Assembly: GCA_031416315.1 (NCBI GenBank)
Contig: JANOTL010000094.1
Location: 1 to 64,000, forward strand
Length of the DNA stretch: 64,000 bases
Reading direction: 5' to 3'
DNA from: Pseudomonadota bacterium
GTDB lineage: Bacteria; Bdellovibrionota_B; Oligoflexia; Oligoflexales; CAIYRB01
How positions within the stretch are numbered: the first letter of the stretch is position 1; every line of letters starts with the position of its first letter. This document shows, piece after piece, positions 38,848-46,995 of this stretch. The notes under the pieces are model-generated. The model searched no databases. It was given only the letters and a program-made list of their open reading frames with translations, and was not told the origin of the DNA. The position numbers were made by a program, and so were the translations under genes.

Positions 38848-39861
38848 ATGACGAACCTGACTCCCCTGACTCCGTTCCCATGGCTCTTGATTTTAGGGCT
38901 CGGCGCGACCGCGACGGCGGTGAGCGCCGAGCCGCTCACGATGCAAACGCTGCGCAATGCGCTCTTGGAGCAAGGCGCCTCGTGGCAGCCAGCCGCGACG
39001 AGCTCGTTCGACCCGGCAGCCTTCGAGCGCTGGACTGGGCTGATTCCCGAAGTGGACGATCTCCCGCCCTTGGCCGCCGACGATGGCGGCGCCGCGGACA
39101 GCCGACTCGTAGGTCCTCGGCGCCTCGCACGCCGCAATCCGGGTGCTCCTGTGGCGCGACCCGCGCTCCCCGCGAGCCTAGATTGGCGCAACGCCGAGGG
39201 GGCCTCCTTCATGCCGCCGGCGACGACGGCCCAAGGAAGCTGCGGCAGCTGCGTGGCCTTTGCCGTACTTTCGACGCTCGAGGCTCGGCTCGGCATTGCA
39301 TGCAACGCGCCTCAGGAGCCGTTCGACTTGTCGCGGCAGTTTCTCTTCTCGTGCGGCGGCGGCTCCTGCCGCCAAGGCTTGCGCCTTTCGGCCGCCGTCG
39401 ACTTCTTGACTCGTTCCGGCGTCCCCGATACCGCCTGCATGCCCTATCGGGAAGAAGACGCGCCATGCGCCGAGGCCTGCGAGGACGTCTCCTCACGTCT
39501 CGTCGAGGGCATCGTTGCCGAGCGTCCGACCTCCGGCATCATCGACGTCGACGCGATCAAGCAAGCGCTTTTGCGCGGTCCGGTCGTCTCCAATATGATT
39601 CTGTACGAGGACCTGGCGCACTACGGCGGCGGCGTCTACCGCCACGTCGCCGGCGATCAGCTCGGCGCGCACGCCGTCGTCCTCGTCGGCTGGAGCGACG
39701 CCGACGCCGCTTGGATCGCCCGCAACAGCTGGGGCGACGGCTGGGGCGAGGGCGGCTACTTCAAGGTCGCGTGGGATGACGCGTCTCTTCCGGGCCGCTA
39801 CACCTGGGCTTTCGACGTGAGTGCGGCGGTTGGCGCAGGAAAGTGCGCGACGAGGCGTTGA
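38848..39861 (+). CDS. Secreted papain-family (C1A) cysteine peptidase
   Basis: LPASLDWR, QGSCGSCVAF, GAHAVVLVGW, RNSWGDGWGEGGYF. Confidence 0.93.
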   Translation: MTNLTPLTPFPWLLILGLGATATAVSAEPLTMQTLRNALLEQGASWQPAATSSFDPAAFERWTGLIPEVDDLPPLAADDGGAADSRLVGPRRLARRNPGAPVARPALPASLDWRNAEGASFMPPATTAQGSCGSCVAFAVLSTLEARLGIACNAPQEPFDLSRQFLFSCGGGSCRQGLRLSAAVDFLTRSGVPDTACMPYREEDAPCAEACEDVSSRLVEGIVAERPTSGIIDVDAIKQALLRGPVVSNMILYEDLAHYGGGVYRHVAGDQLGAHAVVLVGWSDADAAWIARNSWGDGWGEGGYFKVAWDDASLPGRYTWAFDVSAAVGAGKCATRR

Positions 39862-39892
39862 GGGGCGCGCGAGACGATGGCGCGAAAGTTGC
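39855..39892 (+). promoter_or_regulatory. GCG-N8-CGC site plus sigma54 promoter of GFDDND paralogue 2
   Basis: GCGTTGAGGGGCGC (39855-39868), then 9 bp, then TGGCGCG-AAAG-TTGC(T) (39878-39892). Confidence 0.7.
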
Positions 39893-39932
39893 TCTTTGGC
39901 AGTCGTACCAAACTTCTGGAGGAACCTGGTCG

Positions 39933-40655
39933 ATGCTCAAGCTCATCTCGCTCTCCGCTCTTGGAATCGCCGCGGTCGCGATTCCCGCCCTCGCCGATAT
40001 GGAGCCCCGCGGAATGCCGGTCCTCGTGGACGTCAAGAGCGTTTACGTCCCGAACGGCTTCGACGACAACGACGAGGTTCAGCTGATGGTCGAGGGCACC
40101 TTGCCCAACACCTGCTACCGCATCTCGAAGACCGAGTCGACCTACGACGACGCGACCAAGACCGTGACCATTAAGCAGTGGGCGCGGAAATTCCGCGCGA
40201 GCTGCCTCGAGATCGCCGTCCCGTTCTCGCTCGAGGTCGACCTCGGCCAGCTGCCCTACGGTGAATTCACCGTGGCGGCCCGCGGCGCGGCGCCGGAGAA
40301 ACTCGTCGTCGCCGAAGCGAGCTCCGCCGGCCCCGATGAATACCTCTACGCTCCGATCGAGAGCATCACCATCTCTGGCGGTGACGGGGCGACACGCCGG
40401 GGCACGCTCGAGGGCCGTTTCGTGAGCTCTTGTATGCGTCTCAAAGAGGTTCGCGTCATCGACTCGGGCAAGACCGTGGAAGTGCTCCCGATCGCCGAGA
40501 TGGCCGAGGGCGAAGATTGCGTCAGCGGCGAGACGCCCTTTACGCAAGACTTCGACCTCCCGGCTGAATTGGCGCCCGGCCGTCACTTGCTGCACGTGCG
40601 CAGCCTGAACGGCAAGGCGTTGAATCAGATGTTCGTGATTGAATCGGTGCCGTGA
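39933..40655 (+). CDS. Secreted GFDDND-motif protein, paralogue 2
   Basis: VYVPNGFDDNDEVQLMVEG.LPNTCY, PDEYLYAP, CM, VLPI, GRHLLHVRSLNG. GGAGG RBS. Confidence 0.85.
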   Translation: MLKLISLSALGIAAVAIPALADMEPRGMPVLVDVKSVYVPNGFDDNDEVQLMVEGTLPNTCYRISKTESTYDDATKTVTIKQWARKFRASCLEIAVPFSLEVDLGQLPYGEFTVAARGAAPEKLVVAEASSAGPDEYLYAPIESITISGGDGATRRGTLEGRFVSSCMRLKEVRVIDSGKTVEVLPIAEMAEGEDCVSGETPFTQDFDLPAELAPGRHLLHVRSLNGKALNQMFVIESVP

Positions 40656-40661
40656 GCCCTT

Positions 40662-40710
40662 ATACGCCCGCCGTTCGAATCCGTTAGCCGGAACCGGAAG
40701 GCGGGCGTAT
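40662..40710. terminator. Long hairpin between convergent genes
   Basis: ATACGCCCGCC ... GGCGGGCGTAT arms with partial inner pairing. Confidence 0.55.
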
Positions 40711-40717
40711 GAGCCCC

Positions 40718-41719
40718 TCATAAGCTCGGCACTACCAGGACCGGCCGCTTGAAAGCGAGCATCGAGCGTATCGGCAACCGCCCGAACGCAAACGGCTGGT
40801 GGTGCAGCGCCCGGTGGCGTCCGAAGACGATGACGTCCGGCGCGAGGCTCGTCACGACGTTCGTGAGCTCCGGGCGCACGCCGCCGGCGGTCACCTCGCT
40901 GGTGTAGCGGCCGCCGCCGGCCTCGATGTACTCGCGGTCGTCGCTGAACCGGGCCTCGAGCTTCGCGATCTGCTCGCGGTGCACGGCGTCGAAGACGGCG
41001 CGCGATTCGTCGCCGTCCAAGGCGACGTGCGCGGAGGCGGCGACGTTCTTGAGCGCGACCGCGAGCGTTTCCTGGTTGAAGGCGCTGACGTGGACGTGAT
41101 GCACCCAGGCTTGCCCGAGCCCGTCCGCAAGCGCGGCCGCGTACTCTACTGCCGTAATCGCTTGGTCGGTCAGGTCGTCGGCCACGAGGATTCGCATGCC
41201 CGTGCCGACCTCCGGCGCATGCGTGCCAGGGTCGACGGCGAGCACCGGAATCGGCGAGCCCGCCAGCAAAGAGACGGCGGTCGAGAGTCCTGCGAAGGGT
41301 CCACGACCCGCATTCCCGTCGACGGCGACCACGAGCAACATCGCTCCGAGGCCGGCCGCCTCGGTCCCGAGCGTCGCCGCGACCGGACCGACCGTGACCG
41401 AGCTCGTGACCTCCAGGCCTTTCGGCAAAGACTGCGCGATCTCGGACAAGCGCTCCATCGCCACCGATCTCGCGGAGCTTTCGACCGCAGGGAATGCGTC
41501 CCATAGCGGGGACGGGGTGGTCTGCGAGAAGGCGGGCACGCCGCTCGCCCAGGCGTCGACGACGTGCATCAGCGCGAGCCGCTTGCCGAGCTTCTGCGCG
41601 AGTCCCCCGGCAATTTTGACCAGCGCTTCCGTGTGGCGGTCGAAGCCGACGGCGACGGCGATCGTCGAATGGGACGAAAAATAGGGCACGTGCTTAGTCA
41701 AGGCGGCGCTCCTCTTCAA
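40718..41719 (-). CDS. Tandem-domain universal stress protein (2 of 3)
   Basis: LALMHVV, SPIPVLAV, ILVADDL, HVHV, DVIVFGRH, PVLVVP. Confidence 0.82.
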   Translation of the reverse strand: MKRSAALTKHVPYFSSHSTIAVAVGFDRHTEALVKIAGGLAQKLGKRLALMHVVDAWASGVPAFSQTTPSPLWDAFPAVESSARSVAMERLSEIAQSLPKGLEVTSSVTVGPVAATLGTEAAGLGAMLLVVAVDGNAGRGPFAGLSTAVSLLAGSPIPVLAVDPGTHAPEVGTGMRILVADDLTDQAITAVEYAAALADGLGQAWVHHVHVSAFNQETLAVALKNVAASAHVALDGDESRAVFDAVHREQIAKLEARFSDDREYIEAGGGRYTSEVTAGGVRPELTNVVTSLAPDVIVFGRHRALHHQPFAFGRLPIRSMLAFKRPVLVVPSL

Positions 41720-42008
41720 GAAGGGAATCAGGCATGAGCAGGTTAAGCTCGCTCACGCGCTCGGCGCGCATCGCGTCGATGAGCTCTTTGGTGTGCCGGG
41801 AGATCCGTTGGGGATCTTTGGCGACGTCGCAGAGTCGCGACCCTTCCGGGTAATCCCAGCCTTCGCCTTTCAGCGCCGCCAAGATGCGTCGGTACTCTCT
41901 TTCCAGGCGCGGGTGTTGCGCCAGATCGGGCATGGCGCCGACGACTTTGAGCGCCATCGCGAGTCTGCTGCACGGGAATTCGCCCATGCATGTATCGCAG
42001 TGAGACAC
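41694..42008 (-). CDS. Small Cys-motif protein (C-x2-C-x5-C...C)
   Basis: 104 aa, AGGAGG RBS, own sigma54 promoter, stop overlaps the USP-2 start. Confidence 0.7.
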   Translation of the reverse strand: MSHCDTCMGEFPCSRLAMALKVVGAMPDLAQHPRLEREYRRILAALKGEGWDYPEGSRLCDVAKDPQRISRHTKELIDAMRAERVSELNLLMPDSLLEEERRLD

Positions 42009-42051
42009 GGCATACCTCCTGGCTCTCGTTGTAGCCTCTTCCCCTAAGGGA

Positions 42052-42113
42052 GCAATATTTGGGCCGCACGAGACTGCGGGATTTCGCGCAAGCTTCCAGC
42101 GCGAAATCCCGCA
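42052..42113 (-). promoter_or_regulatory. sigma54 promoter with two tandem palindromic sites
   Basis: CGGCCCA-AATA-TTGC(T) (42052-42066); TGCGGGA-TT-TCGCGCA (42075-42090) and AGCGCGA-AA-TCCCGCA (42098-42113). Together the two sites also form a hairpin after the upstream gene. Confidence 0.65.
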
Positions 42114-42123
42114 GCGCAGGGGT

Positions 42124-42852
42124 TTACTTCTCGAACAAGCGGTTCATCGCGTCGCCGTTCAGGCTGCGAACGTGCAGGAGATGGCGGCCCGTGCTCACCG
42201 TCTCCGGCAGGGCAATCGTCTGCTTGAAGCGCATCTCGACCGTCCGGCAATTCGCCCCGGGCGTCGTGTCGAACGCCATGATCGGAAGAATGTTCACCGT
42301 CTTGCCGTTGTCCTCGACGATCGCGCGGCTCCAGCTCATGCAGCGGTTCGTGATGCGACCGTAGATCACGGCCTCGAGGGCGCCGGTGTCCGCGTTGCGA
42401 TCGACGCGCACGTCGTCGACGGGCAAGTAGTCGAAATCGTCGGGAGACGTGCCGATGGCGCGCTTCACCTGGAGGGACTCCGTCAGGCTCGTGGTCACTC
42501 CTTGCACCTCTACGGCATAGGGACCCGGCTCGAGCTGACCTAGCTTAACCTCGAAGAAGTAGGGAACGAGCACTTGGACGCAAGGCGCCCCGAACTGCCG
42601 CGCCATAGGCGTGATCTCGACTGTGCGCGCCGCGTGGTCGATCGTCACCTCGGGCTTCGCCTGACGGTAACAGCCGCTCGGGAGGAAGCCTTCGACGACC
42701 ACCTCGGCTTCGTCATTGTCGTCGAAACCGATCGGCACGAAGACGGTGGTGGCGTCGATGCGGACGAGCTCGCCCGTGCGCGATTCGTCGGCTTGCGCGG
42801 TCGCGAGGCTCGCCATTGCGAGGGTCAGAAGGGACACTTTCTGCATGAACAT
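42124..42852 (-). CDS. Secreted GFDDND-motif protein, paralogue 3
   Basis: VFVPIGFDDNDEAEVVVEG.LPSGCY, PDDFDYLP, CM, ILPI, GRHLLHVRSLNG. AAGGAG RBS. Confidence 0.85.
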   Translation of the reverse strand: MFMQKVSLLTLAMASLATAQADESRTGELVRIDATTVFVPIGFDDNDEAEVVVEGFLPSGCYRQAKPEVTIDHAARTVEITPMARQFGAPCVQVLVPYFFEVKLGQLEPGPYAVEVQGVTTSLTESLQVKRAIGTSPDDFDYLPVDDVRVDRNADTGALEAVIYGRITNRCMSWSRAIVEDNGKTVNILPIMAFDTTPGANCRTVEMRFKQTIALPETVSTGRHLLHVRSLNGDAMNRLFEK

Positions 42853-42873
42853 GAGGACTCCTTACACGAACGT

Positions 42874-44034
42874 TCAGATTTTGCCTGGTTCCTGGCGAAT
42901 GATGCGCTTGAGTTCGCCCAGGAGGTCGCGCACGTCTTGCGGGACGCGCGTTCCGCCCGAGCCGGTGTAGCTTGCCATGAGATTCTCCTCAAGCGTCGCG
43001 TACGCCTTAGGTGCAAAAGAAGCGCCAGGTGCGAGTCGAATCGCGGACTCCAGGAAAAAATCCGAGCGCGAGATCCAGAAAGAGTGCTCGGTCATGGACG
43101 TGCAAATGCCGAGCAGGTAGTAGGCTTCGGCGACTTCGGCCCCGCGATCGGGGTGTCCGCGGATGAACCGGGTCAGGATCGCTTCCGCCGTCAGATAGTG
43201 GATCATCCCGTCGCGGTCGCGCAGAAACTGCATGAATTCATGGCCTTGATCCATGATCCTTTTCGCCGCGGCGAGGTCTCCGGCGGCGAGGACGCCGCGC
43301 GCGTCGAAGTCCTTCAGCGTCTTCAGCCAGCGCTCCAGCTGCGCTTTCACGTGGATCGGCGTCGACGCCTCGGCGATGAGGCCGGCGAGGACGGGCTGCG
43401 GCCGCTTGAAGTCGCTCTTCACGCTGATCGAGACGCGGAGGTAGTCCGTGAACGAGCCCAGCGTCGTCAGGAGCGCCGGATCGACGTCCTTGCTCTTGAA
43501 GATCGTCTCGAAGGTCGAGAGCGCGTCGTCGAACCGCCGGCTGACGAGCTGGAGCGTCGCGCGCTCCAGAGGTTGCAGCGTCTCCCCGTTGACCTTGGTG
43601 AAGAAGGCGTCGGAGCCGGGGAACTTGCGGCCCTCCGGCAAAGTGGAGTGACACGCGATGCAGTTGTCCGTCATGTGATGGAGGACGAAGCGCGCCTCGT
43701 CGAAGCGCTGCTTGCCGTAGTACATCTCGAGGCGGCGCGCGTCGCGCCCCAGAGACTTCGTCACGAACTCGAAAGCCCGGTCCTGCGTCTTTCCGTGCGC
43801 CTCGAGCGCCGCGGCGTTCCGCGACAGCTTCGCGAGCTCCGCGGCGATCCCCGGCCGATTCGTCGCTGCGGTGAACGCCGCGTCGTCGAAGCTCGCGCCC
43901 AAGACCTTCGTCATCGGGTCAAAGAGGCTCTGCATGATGCCTTGGGTCACGGTGGGCTCCGGCGCGTCCCCGGCCGCCCAGGCTGGCGTGCCGAAAAGGA
44001 GATGCACGGCGAGGCAAAGGGCGCGAAGGCTCAT
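42874..44034 (-). CDS. Secreted cytochrome c'-like monoheme plus TPR-like helical protein (A)
   Basis: Signal peptide, helical domain ending in CIACH, then TPR-like helices (AEAYYLLG, FLESAIRLAP). Confidence 0.75.
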   Translation of the reverse strand: MSLRALCLAVHLLFGTPAWAAGDAPEPTVTQGIMQSLFDPMTKVLGASFDDAAFTAATNRPGIAAELAKLSRNAAALEAHGKTQDRAFEFVTKSLGRDARRLEMYYGKQRFDEARFVLHHMTDNCIACHSTLPEGRKFPGSDAFFTKVNGETLQPLERATLQLVSRRFDDALSTFETIFKSKDVDPALLTTLGSFTDYLRVSISVKSDFKRPQPVLAGLIAEASTPIHVKAQLERWLKTLKDFDARGVLAAGDLAAAKRIMDQGHEFMQFLRDRDGMIHYLTAEAILTRFIRGHPDRGAEVAEAYYLLGICTSMTEHSFWISRSDFFLESAIRLAPGASFAPKAYATLEENLMASYTGSGGTRVPQDVRDLLGELKRIIRQEPGKI

Positions 44035-44073
44035 GGGGGTGATCCTTGGTGAGGGAGGACGAGCGGTGGTTTT

Positions 44074-44135
44074 GCAGTGAACGTGCCAGGCGCCGCTGCG
44101 CCAACTGACGCATCGACGATCGGCACGGGCCTTGC
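44074..44135. promoter_or_regulatory. Divergent sigma54 promoters flanking one palindrome
   Basis: Minus TGGCACG-TTCA-CTGC (44074-44088); TGCGCCA-AC-TGACGCA (44097-44112); plus CGGCACG-GGCC-TTGC (44121-44135). The 14-bp core is 9 bp from each -24 box. Confidence 0.78.
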
Positions 44136-44164
44136 TTTCGTCCCACTTCCGAGGAGGTGGGGCC

Positions 44165-44560
44165 ATGGCGAAGCGCATCAGGACCGTCGGAGAGTTCATG
44201 TCGCCGGCGACGCAATCGATCGCGCCGAAGGAGGCCCTGATTGCCGCGCGCCGCAAGATGGACCGAAACGGCATTCGGCACCTGCCGATCGTCGAGGACG
44301 GTCGGCCCATCGGCATCTTGACGGCGCGCGACCTCTACGCGCTGACGGCGGTCCACGACGTCGACTTCTGTCGCTCCTCCGTCGGCTTTGCCATGCATCG
44401 CGACCCGTTTTGCGTGCAGGCCACGGCACCGATCGACGAGGTGGCGCGCGAGCTCTACCGACGCTGTATCGACTCGGCGCTCGTCGTCGACGAGGACGGG
44501 AACCTGGTCGGCATCTTGACCGAGGCTGACTGCGTCAAGGCGCTCGCCGCGGGCGCGTGA
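44165..44560 (+). CDS. CBS-pair protein (3 of 4)
   Basis: TVGEFMS, IRHLPIVEDG..IGILTARDL, IDSALVVD..GNLVGILTEAD. GGAGG RBS. Confidence 0.92.
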   Translation: MAKRIRTVGEFMSPATQSIAPKEALIAARRKMDRNGIRHLPIVEDGRPIGILTARDLYALTAVHDVDFCRSSVGFAMHRDPFCVQATAPIDEVARELYRRCIDSALVVDEDGNLVGILTEADCVKALAAGA

Positions 44561-44567
44561 CCGAGCC

Positions 44568-46118
44568 TCAGTCCGCCATCGCGAGGCCGTGCTTCTCGAG
44601 CCGATATCGTAGCGTATGGCGCGAGATGCCGAGGAGCTGAGCCGCGCGCGTCTGGTTGTTGCGTGCCCGGTCAAGCGCTTGCGTCAAAAGGTTGCGCTCC
44701 AGCTCCTCCAGGTTGATGCCGCCTTCGGGCAAAGCGAATGGATCCGATTCGAAGGTGGCAGTCGGCAGCGGCGTCACGACCGGCGAGCCCGTCTGCAGCG
44801 CCGCGAGGGCTAGCGGCGCCGCGGCCGAACCGGGAGTCGGGGCCATCAGCTCGCTCGCGAGCCGAGGCGTCGGCGCGGCCGGCATCCCGACGGGCGCCGG
44901 AGCCCCCTCGGGCCAGGCCTCGATCTCGAGATGCGCTGCGTGCAACGTCGCCGGCTCGTGATAGACCATCGCGCGTTGCAAGACGTTGCGCAACTCTCGG
45001 ATGTTCCCCGGCCAGTCGTGAGTCCGCAAGGCCGCCAGCGCGTCCAGGCCGATCGCCGGCGCCTTGACGCCGAGCTCGGCGGCGATCTTGCCGCACAAGA
45101 AGGCGGCGAGTCGCGGCACGTCTTCCAGACGCTCGCGAAGCAGCGGAATCGTCACCGGCAGGACGTTGAGCCGGTAGTAGAGATCCGCCCGAAACCGCCC
45201 CTCGGCGACCTCGCGCAGGAGGTTTCGGTTCGTCGCCGCGACGATGCGGCCGGTGAACTCGACGTCTTTCGTGCCGCCGAGGCGTTTGAACCGGCGGTGC
45301 TCGAGGACGCGCAAGAGCTTGGCCTGCAGCTTCAGCGGCATTTCGCCGAGCTCGTCGAGGAAGATCGTGCCGTTGCGCGCGACCTCGAAAAGGCCGAGCT
45401 TGCGCTCGCGCGCGTCGGTAAAGGCGCCTTTCTCGTAGCCGAAGAGCTCGCTTTCGAGGAGCGTCTCGGGGATCGAGGCGCAGTTGATCTCGACGAAGGG
45501 TTGGCCGGCGCGATCGGACCACTCGTGCACGGCGCGCGCGGCGAGCTCTTTGCCCGTGCCGCTCTCGCCCAGGATGAGCGCCGTGTTCGCTTTGCTCCGG
45601 GCGATGCGCCGGAGCTGATCCTTGAGGCGCACGATGGAAGGCGCCTCGCCGACGATCTCGACCTCGACCTTGCCGGCGTCGTAAGCTTGCATGCCGCTGA
45701 CTTTTTGCCGGAGCTTCGCCACTTCGGCCGAGCGTTTCACCGAGGCGACCAAGTCCTTCATGTTGAAGGGCTTTTGCAGGTAGTCGAAGGCGCCGAGGCG
45801 CAGGGCGGTGATTGCGGAGTCGATCGCGCCGTGCGCGGTGATCAGGATGATCGGCAGATCCGGGTACTCGAAGCGCCACTTCTTTAGGAGCTCGAGGCCG
45901 TTGCCGTCGGGAAGGCGCAAGTCCGTGATCGCGACGTCGGGCGCCGCCGCCGGAAAGCGCTCGAGCGCCTCGCGCAGGCTTCCGGCGCGCGTCACTTCGG
46001 CGCCGAGGGCACGCAGCTCGTTGTCGATGCTCCACGCGAGCATCTCTTCGTCGTCGACAACGAGGATCCGAATGTCTTTCAACGAATTGGCCGGCAGCTG
46101 TTGGTTCTTATCACTCAT
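44568..46118 (-). CDS. NtrC-family sigma54 enhancer-binding response regulator (REC-AAA+-Fis HTH)
   Basis: ITDLRLPDGNG, GESGTGKE, ESELFGYEKGAFTDA, FLDELGE, WPGNIREL, NQTRAAQLLGISRHTLRYRL. Confidence 0.96.
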   Translation of the reverse strand: MSDKNQQLPANSLKDIRILVVDDEEMLAWSIDNELRALGAEVTRAGSLREALERFPAAAPDVAITDLRLPDGNGLELLKKWRFEYPDLPIILITAHGAIDSAITALRLGAFDYLQKPFNMKDLVASVKRSAEVAKLRQKVSGMQAYDAGKVEVEIVGEAPSIVRLKDQLRRIARSKANTALILGESGTGKELAARAVHEWSDRAGQPFVEINCASIPETLLESELFGYEKGAFTDARERKLGLFEVARNGTIFLDELGEMPLKLQAKLLRVLEHRRFKRLGGTKDVEFTGRIVAATNRNLLREVAEGRFRADLYYRLNVLPVTIPLLRERLEDVPRLAAFLCGKIAAELGVKAPAIGLDALAALRTHDWPGNIRELRNVLQRAMVYHEPATLHAAHLEIEAWPEGAPAPVGMPAAPTPRLASELMAPTPGSAAAPLALAALQTGSPVVTPLPTATFESDPFALPEGGINLEELERNLLTQALDRARNNQTRAAQLLGISRHTLRYRLEKHGLAMAD

Positions 46119-46789
46119 GCAGGGATCTCTCGGTGAAGGCGAAGGATGACGCGCGAGCCGCCGAGTGCGGCCGAGCGCTCGAAGGCCAAAAAGCCCCGGT
46201 GCGCGTCGACATATTTGCGTACGAGGGCGAGGCCGAGTCCGGTTCCGGCCTCTTTCGTCGAGTAAAACGGCTCTTCGGCGCGCAAGGCGACCGACGGAGG
46301 AAAGCCCGGACCGTTGTCCTCGATGACGATCTCGACCGAGGTCGCGGCGGCGCGTGCCGAGATTCCGAGGCGCGGGATCGTGGCGACATCTACGGCTTCA
46401 TAAGCGTTGCGGACGATGGCCCGGATGGCGAGCGCCATCTTGGCACGGTCCGCGATCACCAGAAGCGCGGCAGACACGTCGACCGTGACGACGCACGAGC
46501 TGGGAAGCGCAGCGCCTCGAAGCGCCTCCTCGACCAGGCCGAGGACCGAAACGACGCTCGGGTGGATGGCGGCCGGGCGCGCGAAATCGGCGAGCTCGGT
46601 GACGTAGTCGTTGAGGTCGGCCAGACGCCGGCGCACCTGCGCGATCGAGGCCTCGACGACCGCCGGATCGTTCGCGTTCGCTTCGACGACGTCGAGGACG
46701 GCGCCGATGCCGGCGATCGGGTTCTTGACGTTGTCGGCGATCGCGGCGACCCAGTGGGCCATCGACGCGAGAGCGGTTCCAGAACTCAT
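46115..46789 (-). CDS. Sensor-less histidine kinase core lacking the H-box His
   Basis: AAIADNVKNPIAGI where AHE(I/V)(K/R)NP is expected; N, G1 (DNGPG), F (PFYSTK) and G2 (GTGLGL) boxes intact. Confidence 0.8.
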   Translation of the reverse strand: MSSGTALASMAHWVAAIADNVKNPIAGIGAVLDVVEANANDPAVVEASIAQVRRRLADLNDYVTELADFARPAAIHPSVVSVLGLVEEALRGAALPSSCVVTVDVSAALLVIADRAKMALAIRAIVRNAYEAVDVATIPRLGISARAAATSVEIVIEDNGPGFPPSVALRAEEPFYSTKEAGTGLGLALVRKYVDAHRGFLAFERSAALGGSRVILRLHREIPA

Positions 46790-46825
46790 GGGCTCTCCGA
46801 AGGCATGCGGGCTGCGAGATGTTGA

Positions 46826-46962
46826 GCAATCGAAGGGCCCAGTTGCTTGGCGCCCTAACTATCTGATTACGCGTGAAATACCACACTTGAAGGTACTAAA
46901 TCGCGCAGATTCGAGTGCGATTTCACTCAATCCTCAGTGAATTCGCCTGGTCACAGATTTGC
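46826..46962. promoter_or_regulatory. Divergent sigma54-like promoters with three degenerate sites at 22-bp spacing
   Basis: Minus GGGCCCT-TCGA-TTGC (46826-46840); sites at 46871, 46893, 46915; plus TGGTCAC-AGAT-TTGC (46948-46962). Confidence 0.55.
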
Positions 46963-46995
46963 TCAACTCGTCGCAACCAACTCAAGGAGGCTCCC

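Noticed and set aside
44568..46118. GAFTDA instead of GAFTGA as a sign of an inactive activator
   Set aside because: The key Phe-Thr is retained and GAFTDA is a common natural variant.
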